Shown here: piece after piece, positions 40,801 through 49,478 of the stretch
Layout: each line of letters starts with the position of its first letter
Position numbering within the stretch: the first letter of the stretch is position 1
Assembly (NCBI GenBank): GCA_044892525.1
Contig: CM097885.1
Span: forward strand, 86,552,001-86,616,000
Source of the DNA: Schmidtea polychroa
Taxonomy: Eukaryota
DNA: 64,000 nt
Direction of reading: 5' to 3'
Notes under the pieces: model-generated
Databases searched by the model: none
What the model saw: the letters and a program-made list of their open reading frames with translations, nothing else
Told to the model about the DNA's origin: nothing
Program-made: the position numbers and the translations under genes

Positions 40801-42497
40801 AGAATCTTGCTGACCAAACCTGAGCCACGAGTGTCATGTGGACATTCACCAATGTTTAGTACCCTCCCAGGAGATTCTTTTATTTCATTAATTTTATTCC
40901 TCAGTTTTTTAACATAATTTAAATAATTTTCATTTTCCACAAGAGTTGTGGGATTTAATAAATAATATTCATCAGTATTATAATCTATTATTAACAGAAT
41001 TTCACGATATTTAGGGGGTGCTACAATGGCAAATATGATTTGCGCCCTTGTTATATTTTCATAATTTAAAAACTGGTACAAGTACTGTGTGCAGTCATCA
41101 AGAATCGCAGTGCACATTGCAACATTTAGAAGCATATAGTTACTGGATAATTTTAAATTATTAAAATATTTTGTAATTATTTCGTCATTAATTGTAAAAT
41201 TAATTAAATTTAAATTTTTGCAGATCTCATTAGTCATTTGTAGTTTAATGGAATTAAGATTTTCATTGATAATTTTGAAAGACGGATTATTATTAAAAAT
41301 GAGAACCTCAAGAAATTCAATAAACTTACATGCAAAAAAGTGAGGATCTTTGGAAATAAAAGAAAGTAGACTCTTTCCATGATCATTTAGAAAGTTAACT
41401 TTACCATTAGAGATGAAAAATTTGTTGAGGTAATCAGTCATGTTTTCACCTATACCAATTAATCTCTCGTCAATGATACAATCTTGAAAATTGAAAATAT
41501 AACTTTTTTTAATCAACGAAGAAAAAACATATAAGCACCAGTCCGAATTGTTTGGAATAACACCGATCACATGCTGAACATTAGAAAATTGTTTAAAAGT
41601 AACATTTTCTCTAATATATTCATCATTTTGAGCCATAATATTCAAAGTCAACTCATTGGACATGACAGTTACATTTTCTTTACTACCAAACCATTCTTTT
41701 ACAAGAGATGCGATACACGGACTTTGACCGGAAAGAAAAGCTCGACTTGAATGATTAATTTGCTTTTGCACTGGCATTTTAATATTTTTGATAGTAGGAA
41801 TTTTCTTAACTCCATTTCGTTTAATTTCCTCCATAAACTTTGGTAGGCCACCCCCCGAAATTTTCGCGACACCATGAGGCTGGTCAATCTGAAATTGATG
41901 AACTTTTTCTCTAATTTCCTCAATAAAATTGTTCGGAAAACATTTCCACTCTCCACTTATCATCATAGCATATGCACAGATGTAAGGTCCACAATCGTAA
42001 CTGTTATCTTGGTAAGTAAAGTTATTGTGTGGGTGAAAAGATACAGCAGCTTTGAGATCAAACAGATTATTAAGAGCCAGAGTGATTCTAGTAGCACTTG
42101 TCTTGTTAGTAAGATCATGTCGCTTTCGAAAGATTGGGTCAATAAAGTAGGATAACAAAGTGGTTTTACAATAAACAAAGAGTATCCAATGAGATTTATT
42201 TATGTTGAGGGGACATAATATTATTTGCGCATTGTAGACTTTTTCTGGAATCGGAAAAATGTTCTCATTAAAGTCAGTGCGCAGTATTTCAACTATAAAG
42301 CATTTAAGTGGCGCAAAATCTGGGTCACTGATGTGATTTTCAAGGTAGTGGTCGATATCATCATCAGTGAACCAGAATTTTGGATCACGAACTACATTTT
42401 GATAAGTTTTATTAATTAATGCCTTATTAATGTTTAATGTGCTGTCTGCATCAGTCTCCTTAGAGATTAAAGCAGATTCTGAGACTGATGCAGGCAC
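37836..42497 (-). CDS. E6 ORF2, 1553 aa: Ulp1-like x3, RT, CCHC, RLE
   Basis: Same motifs as E3 ORF2. Confidence 0.95.
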   Translation of the reverse strand: MPASVSESALISKETDADSTLNINKALINKTYQNVVRDPKFWFTDDDIDHYLENHISDPDFAPLKCFIVEILRTDFNENIFPIPEKVYNAQIILCPLNINKSHWILFVYCKTTLLSYFIDPIFRKRHDLTNKTSATRITLALNNLFDLKAAVSFHPHNNFTYQDNSYDCGPYICAYAMMISGEWKCFPNNFIEEIREKVHQFQIDQPHGVAKISGGGLPKFMEEIKRNGVKKIPTIKNIKMPVQKQINHSSRAFLSGQSPCIASLVKEWFGSKENVTVMSNELTLNIMAQNDEYIRENVTFKQFSNVQHVIGVIPNNSDWCLYVFSSLIKKSYIFNFQDCIIDERLIGIGENMTDYLNKFFISNGKVNFLNDHGKSLLSFISKDPHFFACKFIEFLEVLIFNNNPSFKIINENLNSIKLQMTNEICKNLNLINFTINDEIITKYFNNLKLSSNYMLLNVAMCTAILDDCTQYLYQFLNYENITRAQIIFAIVAPPKYREILLIIDYNTDEYYLLNPTTLVENENYLNYVKKLRNKINEIKESPGRVLNIGECPHDTRGSGLVSKILICSFITNYANDLPLTNLNLRVIGNVISSFLPIAKEIKKIKSVENNKVNQKRVGCENLEQRKHKIDELLEKVISLDVDDIINLIIEQFPDHASATHKPYLGTRKRETSKINKNKLISKFKTDMKSAVNLIFNDIDVNVRPKFQDIVMHFMHKTPIKQVWDNTFKFCKRSEKILKLELLSDMEVLFELKRADNTSPGIDGIQYRDLLLLDPEGKLLTVLFNKIITNKVIPESWKTFKTLLIPKPDKSDKYDNVSSWRPIALLSVIYKLFASCLASRLTLWIERNDLLHVGQKGGSRHDGCVEHNSILSSALEHSKYSKNSPITIAWLDIKDAFGSVPHEYMWSLLRFVGVSEEFAFILQMLYSDTSTFYSCGPILTPKIPIKQGVKQGCPISMILFALAINPVLEAVSRFDCEPFMIGESPVKILAYADDIALVAKSANDLQKITNIAVTTAAEIGFVYRPEKCGYLQLPKTQSESEIVINDIKIKKLLPNEFYKYLGVPVGEETDQSPYEILKKAVSDTRKLADSDLLGWQKLKAYKVFVHSRLIFPFRTREIKTSALSKSSENKNLSVNITSELRNCFRKMMFLPNHSEVSYFYNSTENAGANCVDLLDEYHTQTITHFFRLLTSKCEYARKINLDSLNFVTGPRLGIKTPTLQESLDWFNGKESKPVHSGRKTRFQRVRTAIAFFKKEHDINISFIVTKKEPSLYITSEIRGTCILTSDLRKTTSKVLHMALHGSYLSKWEKSCTSGFIISAIKLAPKINKAIFRGDMSEFAWNFIHRARTNTLSNKAKPHNRGDTRLCRLCHSEEETMSHIIQSCKVHLTLGAERHNDCLKLITSHLTTNPNLIVVVDHVCSLVPYSKERIDLMITDLARKKIFLVDMKCPCDTVNNFENVDSLNLQKYESLRRQIKDVKPDFNVELDTCIIGSLGSFPPKTPEILLKIGIDRSRLKGLMRDCAMSNISHSARRWHYHKNGVLIDLDKFKFPSIK

Positions 42498-42506
42498 GCA
42501 TTTTCA
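42446..42506 (-). promoter_or_regulatory. Putative UGA readthrough signal, E6
   Basis: UGA 42504-42506; perfect arms 42481-42493 / 42446-42458. Confidence 0.65.
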
Positions 42507-45404
42507 CTTAGTTTTAGGAGCATTTCTCCTTGTATTTTTGAAAGGTTGCTGCTCCATGACACTGTTATGAACGTTGTTGGTCACAATATCAGTTGAATCG
42601 CCCCCATCAATATCTACCGGGAATTTTATTTCAGGTGTCTCACCACCATTTCTCAGCGATGACTCAACAACTTCATGATCAGCAATGGAACAAGAAGGGT
42701 CTTCCAAATGATTTTCAAAGGATTCAGCAATACTGTCAACAATGGCTGAGTCAGGTGCATTGTCCACCTGACCAGTCATTTCCAAAGACGCGATAGGTAA
42801 AATATAATCCAGTATTTTAGAGATCATAATGCTCATCTTACTGGTACATATCTTGGTGCAATTTCGTGGAATACGAAAATTAAACCGATTGTTGGTCAAG
42901 AAACGTTTTTTGTCTCTAACGATAAAGTATAGGAGTCGCTTTGCTCTCTCCGTGTCAGAATCATTTGATTCATTTTTAAATTCATTTATTTTATTACTAA
43001 TTTTATCAAGCGCACTTAACTGATCTATCTTTTGAGGTAAAGCAACATCTAGAGTGTCAAGGAAGTTGTTTATTTCAGAGATCGTTTTTGGAGAAATGAT
43101 ATTGTGTATAAGGTCAATCTCACGAGATAAATTCAGTTGACGGAGTCTTAAAAGTCTTTCCTGACAACTGGAATAATAGTAAGAAGAACAAGGAATCATT
43201 TTAATCATCTCTGGAGCCCAATTTTCAATGTTGTCACATCTTAATGCGTTGCAATTCTCAATATTCGTTATTGAGTGTATCAAAAAGCAATTGCGTAAAT
43301 AGTTAAGTACGTATTCATCAAATGTGGCATTTGAAGTGTACTCCAGTGTACCTTTTAACTGTAAGTAGTTTAAGTGAAAGATTATATTAACCAATTTTTC
43401 AGACGAATTCGATTGAGAAAGTAGAGATCGTAGTACATCGTCTTTCTCAGACATGCTAAGTAAGTTCAGTAGGCCAAGATTAAACATAATGTCTGACTGG
43501 CTCTCAAAATTCGAAGCGCCGTCATCTCCAGCTCTACCAGATTTCACAAACTTACCCTCTACAAATGAAATTTGCTCAGGAAATCCTCTCTCCGATCTCA
43601 GAGTCTGAATGAGCTGGACCAGTTTTTCAGGATTCTCTGCGATGTTTTCAGTGAAAAACAATTCAGCTAACTCAGGGAAAGATTTATAAAGATCACGTAC
43701 TTGTGAACGAGAAAGCTCAGCTGTCTCAGCATTGGAATTCAAACTATTAGGAGCATCACTTTCAAGTAAGTCTAACATGACAAAATCACCATCTTGATAC
43801 TTGATCTGTGATTTTATCAGGTAGTCCGGGAGAATCCCTTGCTTTTTTATTAGGCTCAAAGCAGTGTTTATCTGTTCTCCCCGTAATTTAGCGTTCCCTA
43901 TAGTTGATGTTTCTGCAAGTTTTGTAGATAGTACAAATAAAAATTTCTTAATTGCTAATGATGCTGGGATAAACTTTGTCGAACCACTGACGACTGATAT
44001 AATTTTAGAATTAATTATTGATGTTTTTATTTTTTTAGTATTTAATTTCTTTTCTTTAAAAGTTTGTAAATTAATATTTACACATATATTATGGTTTCTA
44101 TAAAATAAATTTAGAAAACCAGACAATTTTAAAGGATTTTCAGTTTGAGAAATTTTCGCGAGTTCGGAATTTAACAATTCAAATTTTTTAGGGGATTCCT
44201 TATATTTTAATAGTTTAACAAATTTTGGAAAAGCACTAAGGAACTGATGCTTCTCGTTCTTATTCAGAGTTCTTACAAGTAAGTTACAGTTATTTATTTT
44301 CGAATTTATTAAACTGTTTTCATTTTTTTGGTTAACTTGAATATTTAATAGCTTAGTGCTATCTTTAACGGGTAAAGGTTTATCAATTTTTAAATTGTTA
44401 ATATTCGAAGATTTTGATTTAATTAATTCAACCTTATTTTTAATAATGTTGTTATTGCTTAATTCATTTGATTTATTTAAATTTAAATTTTCATATTCAA
44501 ATAAAGGTAATTTTGAAATATCTTTTTTAATTAAATCATTTTTAATATTTATTTCGAGATTAGAATCATCCACTTTCCAAGGACCCGAAACGATGCGCTG
44601 TCCAGACGAAAAATCAGCGTTGGAAGAATAATTGGCGTCCTTTGCATTTTCATTTTTATTAAAAGGCAATTTATCATCTTTAGTATTTTTATGATTTAAG
44701 TTATAATTTAACGTTTCTTGTTTATTAATTAAATCATTTTTAATAGATATTTGAAAATTAGAGTACTCCTTATTCCAAGGACCTGAAACAATGCGATGAC
44801 CAGACGAAAAATCAGCATTTGAAGAATAATTGCCTTTTTTAGTTAAATCATTTTGAATATTTATTTCAAGATTAGAGTACTCTTTATTCCAAGGACTTGA
44901 AACAATGCGCTGTACAGACGAAGAATCAGCATTTGAAGAATGATTGCCTTTTTTATTTAAATATAATTTTCCAGATTTACTAATTTCATCTTTGAAATCT
45001 TCATTACATAAATTATTATTTAAATTTTCTGATTTATTAAAAACAGTTTTAAATCTATCATTTAAAGAAAAAGATTCAGCGGTTTGGGAATTTCTTTCAT
45101 GATAAGTTAAAGCATTATTAATTTTAACTTTTCTTTCTCCAGTGGAATAACATGTCATTCTCAGATCATCTTTTTTTGACGTATTATAAGCTGAATTCTT
45201 AAAATTTAAATGGGCGCTATCCAGATTCCCCTTATTAACATTATCATAAAAATTTACGTTTAAAAATTCAATTATTAAACTAAGTTTATTAGAAAACTTA
45301 CGGAAATCTCTTTCTAGCCCATGAATTCTTCGAAACATATTTTCATCTTCAAATGAGTAAGCATCTTTACGTCCAGATCGTCCAAAATTCATATTTCTTC
45401 TCAT
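42504..45404 (-). CDS. E6 ORF1, family B (966 aa from first ATG; track extends to TTG at 45455)
   Basis: Intact ORF; contains three ~38-aa repeats. Confidence 0.85.
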   Translation of the reverse strand: MRRNMNFGRSGRKDAYSFEDENMFRRIHGLERDFRKFSNKLSLIIEFLNVNFYDNVNKGNLDSAHLNFKNSAYNTSKKDDLRMTCYSTGERKVKINNALTYHERNSQTAESFSLNDRFKTVFNKSENLNNNLCNEDFKDEISKSGKLYLNKKGNHSSNADSSSVQRIVSSPWNKEYSNLEINIQNDLTKKGNYSSNADFSSGHRIVSGPWNKEYSNFQISIKNDLINKQETLNYNLNHKNTKDDKLPFNKNENAKDANYSSNADFSSGQRIVSGPWKVDDSNLEINIKNDLIKKDISKLPLFEYENLNLNKSNELSNNNIIKNKVELIKSKSSNINNLKIDKPLPVKDSTKLLNIQVNQKNENSLINSKINNCNLLVRTLNKNEKHQFLSAFPKFVKLLKYKESPKKFELLNSELAKISQTENPLKLSGFLNLFYRNHNICVNINLQTFKEKKLNTKKIKTSIINSKIISVVSGSTKFIPASLAIKKFLFVLSTKLAETSTIGNAKLRGEQINTALSLIKKQGILPDYLIKSQIKYQDGDFVMLDLLESDAPNSLNSNAETAELSRSQVRDLYKSFPELAELFFTENIAENPEKLVQLIQTLRSERGFPEQISFVEGKFVKSGRAGDDGASNFESQSDIMFNLGLLNLLSMSEKDDVLRSLLSQSNSSEKLVNIIFHLNYLQLKGTLEYTSNATFDEYVLNYLRNCFLIHSITNIENCNALRCDNIENWAPEMIKMIPCSSYYYSSCQERLLRLRQLNLSREIDLIHNIISPKTISEINNFLDTLDVALPQKIDQLSALDKISNKINEFKNESNDSDTERAKRLLYFIVRDKKRFLTNNRFNFRIPRNCTKICTSKMSIMISKILDYILPIASLEMTGQVDNAPDSAIVDSIAESFENHLEDPSCSIADHEVVESSLRNGGETPEIKFPVDIDGGDSTDIVTNNVHNSVMEQQPFKNTRRNAPKTK
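44517..44955 (-). repeat. Three copies of a ~114-bp (38-aa) coding repeat in family B ORF1 (also E2 ~14380-14815, E3 ~22760-23200)
   Basis: N(Y/H)SSNAD.SS..RIVS.PW....SN..I.I.NDL; cagacg anchors at 44603, 44801, 44915. Confidence 0.88.
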
Positions 45405-45719
45405 TTTATTGATAAAAAATTTCCTCCAATATCCACGTTTTTCAATTTCCTGCAACTAACAAAATAAATTATGCAAGAAAAAATTATCTTTAGTGATGCA
45501 ATCCAATACGAATTCCGATGATGTAACCTAGTGCTAGTATATTATTTTTCCAACCAAATATTCAATCATTGAATTTTTTTCAATTGATTTCATCGATTCG
45601 CCAACATATGTTGAGATAGGCTGAAAAAATGAAATAAAAAAAATTTAATGGCCATAAAAATATACCTGATTGTCCACTCAGAATTGAATTCATCAAAATT
45701 GAATTGTGGAATAAAAAAA

Positions 45720-45817
45720 AGTCCACAACACCTCGTATTCCCAAGCGGTCACCCATCCAAGTACTAACGAGGCCTTAACCTGCTTAACTTCCGAGATCGA
45801 ACGAGATCGGGTGAACC
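45720..45817 (-). pseudogene. RNA5S: 5'-truncated 5S rRNA gene (nt 22-119) downstream of E7
   Basis: Same junction. Confidence 0.95.
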
Positions 45818-46439
45818 GTAAAAGTTTATTAAAATAACAAATTTGAATTTTTATATACATGCGGACAATGCTCAACATGGAGCACGCCATTCAGAAAATA
45901 ACAAAGTCAAAAGAGTCAGAAGGATATCAAATAATCATAAATGTTTGAGAGTTTTTCGACTCAATTGTCAATGCTTCTTTTCTGAACTGTCCTCGGCTCT
46001 GATTTGTGGAATTGTCATCGGAACAGTCCGGCTTTGCATGACGACGATTTGTGGCAGCAGATTTGATGTTGCTGCAACTTGGCTGACGGTCTGATCAGTC
46101 TGTTGTTTGATATTGACAGGACTCGAATGCAAACGAGGTATCATCTAATTCGCATTAACTGAATAGTACCATCTCTACAGATGACATCCGAGCAACAGCA
46201 GACATATCAAGATTTTGATTGAGATCAGCAACCATCGGCATGCAGCATATGTCCTTTTAACATCTAAATAGTTTTTTTTTTACAAAAAGATATGCATATA
46301 TATATTTATAAATAATCCTCGTACAGGGGGGAGTATCTAAAAGCTGTAACATATCTAATAAAATACTTTTATACACAAAACATTTATAACAAAGTATTTA
46401 CAACAATGATAATGCCAATAAGGGGTTAAGGCCATCGAA

Positions 46440-49400
46440 TTAATTGTTATTAAAGAGCTGGGTTTTATCCGGATCTACTAAAATGCCAGTCTTGTGAAAA
46501 TACCACCGTCTGGCAGAATGTGTAATGTTGCTTATTGCACATTCTTTCAGTAAACCCTTAAGCTCAGTTTGCTTTACTCCAATTTTAAGAAGGATGTTTG
46601 GAGTTTGTGGTGGAAAAGATCCAAGTGAGCCAATAATGCAAGTGTCAAGTTCGACTTGAAAGTCTGGTTTGACAACTTGTATTTGCTTTTTCAGCGAGTC
46701 ATATTTTTGCAAGTTAAGCAAATCGACATTTTCGAAGTTGTTCAGAGAATCGCATGGACATTTCATGTCGACAAGAAAGATTTTCTTTCTGGTCATGTCA
46801 GTGATCATAAGATCAACTCGTTCCTTGGAGTTTGGTACAAGAGAACAGACATGATCCACAACGATGAGCAAATTAGAATTCTGTTTCAAATTCGAGGTGA
46901 TAAGTTTCAGACAATCATTGTGTCGTTCAGCACCAAGAGTCAGATGGACCTTACATGATTGGATTACATGTGACATTGTCTCATCTTCCGTGTGACACAA
47001 TCGACAAAGTCTCTTTTCGCCTTTATTATTTGGCTTTGCATTAATGGAAAGAGTGTTTGTGCGAGCCCGATGTATGAAATTCCAGGCAAATTCCGACAAA
47101 TCACTTCGGAATATTGCCTTGTTTATTTTTGGTGAAAGTTTTACTGCAGAAGCTATAAAGTTCGAGATACAGCTCTTTTCCCATTTCGAAAGGTACGAGT
47201 CACAGAGTGCCATGTGTAAGACTTTCGATGTGGTTTTGCGAAGATCACTAGTTAGAATGCATGTGCCACGCATAGTTGTTGTTATGTATAACGATGGCTC
47301 ATGATTTGTGACGATGAATTGAATTTTGATGTTGTGTGTCTTTTCAAAGAACGCAACTGCTATTCTCGCTCTCTGAAAACGAGTTTTCTTTCCAGAATGG
47401 TAGGGTTTAGACTCTCTACCATTGAGCCAGTCAAGACTTTCTTGTAGTGTTGGCTCTTTAATACCAAGTCGCGGTCCTGTGACAAATTTTAAAGAATCGA
47501 TGTTAATCTTTCTGGCAAGGTCACATTTCGAAGTAAAAAGTCGGAAAAAGTGTGTGATTGTCTGCGTATGATATTCATCGAGAAGATCAACGCAGTTTGC
47601 CCCTCCGTTTTCAGTTGAATTGTAAAAATAGCTTACTTCAGAGTGATTAGGCAAGAACATCATTTTCCTAAAACAATTTCTTAATTCGCTAGTGATGTTT
47701 ACAGAGAGATTTTTGTTCTCACTAGATTTGGAAAGAGCACTGGTTTTAATTTCACGTGTTCTGAAAGCGAAGATCAAACGAGAATGGACAAAGACCTTAT
47801 ACGCTTTTAGTTTCTGCCAACCAAGTAAATCAGAGTCCGCAAGTTTTCTAGTATCAGAGACTGCCTTTTTAAGAGTATCATATGGACTTTGATCAGTTTC
47901 CTCACCAACCGGAACGCCAAGGTACTGATAGAATTCATTTGGCAGCAATTTCTTTATTTTGATGTCATTAATTACGATTTCACTTTCCGATTGGGTCTTT
48001 GGAAGTTGTAAATACCCACATTTTTCAGGCCGATATACGAAACCAATTTCAGCGGCAGTTTTTACAGCTATATTTGTGATTTTCTGTAGGTCATTAGCAG
48101 ATTTTGCAACAAGAGCAATATCGTCAGCATATGCCAGAATCTTGACAGGAGATTCTCCAATCATAAAAGGCTCACACTCAGATCTAGAGACAGCTTCAAG
48201 TACAGGATTGATGGCCAAAGCAAACAAGATCATCGAAATAGGGCATCCTTGTTTGACACCCTGTTTTATTGGAATTTTCGGAGTCAAGATTGGACCACAA
48301 CTATAAAATGTGCTCGTGTCAGAATATAACATTTGCAGGATAAAAGCGAATTCCTCACTTACTCCAACGAATCGAAGTAAGGACCACATATACTCATGTG
48401 GGACACTGCCAAAAGCGTCTTTTATGTCGAGCCAAGCTATAGCAATTGGAGAGTTCTTACTGTATTTGGAGTGTTCTAGAGCTGATGAAAGAATCGAATT
48501 GTGCTCAACACATCCATCATGTCTGGAGCCACCTTTTTGTCCAACATGCAAAAGGTCATTTTTATTTATCCAATATGTCAAACGACTCGCAAGACATGAG
48601 GCAAACAATTTGTAAATGACAGAAAGTAAAGCGATTGGACGCCAAGACGAACAATCCTCATTGGAAGTCAGTTCAGGAGAAAGAACAGATATGTTGGTTC
48701 TCCTTTCAAAATATTTGCTAAGTAAACTCGAGATGCAGGAGTTCTGTTCCAGGAGAAAGGCCTGGTTCTGGGTAGGCTTTTTCTTAACTCCATTGCGCTT
48801 GATTTCCTCCATAAATTTTGGTAGGCCGCCCCCCGAGCTTTTTTGGTGTTTGTGTTGTGAAGAAATTTGTGATTGATGGACCTCCTTTCTAATTATTTCG
48901 ACAAAACAGTCAGGAAAGCTATGCCATACTCCGCTGATCATCATGGCGTATGCGCAGATGAACGGTCCACAATCATAATTGTTAGTCTGATAGCCAAAGT
49001 TTTCATGTGGATGGAACGTCATGGCTGCTTTTAGATTGAAAACATGATTCAAAGATCTTGTTATTTGAAGAGCATGCGTTTTATTGGAAAGATTATGCCG
49101 ATACTCAAAGATTGGGTCAATAAAGTAGGAAGTCAAAGAATTCTTACAATATACAAACAAGATCCAGTGAGTTTTGTCAATATTAAGGGGGCATAAAATT
49201 ATTTGCGCTTTAAAAATCTCTTCCGGAATCGGAAAAATGTCCTCATTAGGATTAGCGCGTAATATTTCAACAATGAAACATTTAAGTGGCGCAAAGTTTG
49301 GGTCACTGATGTGATTTTCAAGGTAGTGGTCGATATCATCATCAGTGAACCAGATTTTTGGATCACGCGCTGGATTATCACTATTCTGAACAGTTTTGAT

Positions 49401-49469
49401 ATAATTTATTGTGCTGTCTGCATCAGTCTCGTTAGAGATTGGGGCAGATATTGGGACTGATGCAGGCAC
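46440..49469 (-). pseudogene. E7 ORF2, 1009 aa, lacks degenerate Ulp domains and RT N-terminal motifs (probably defective)
   Basis: ...SPELTSN|EDCSSWRP...; ADNTSPGIDG and KTLLIPKP motifs deleted. Confidence 0.8.
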
Positions 49470-49478
49470 GCACCTTCA
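49418..49478 (-). promoter_or_regulatory. Putative UGA readthrough signal, E7
   Basis: UGA 49476-49478; same stem as E4. Confidence 0.62.

Larger units (their letters stand above)
37232..45535 (-). mobile_element. E6: family B element, full length, both ORFs intact
   Basis: 8304 bp; 5' junction 45535/45536. Confidence 0.95.
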
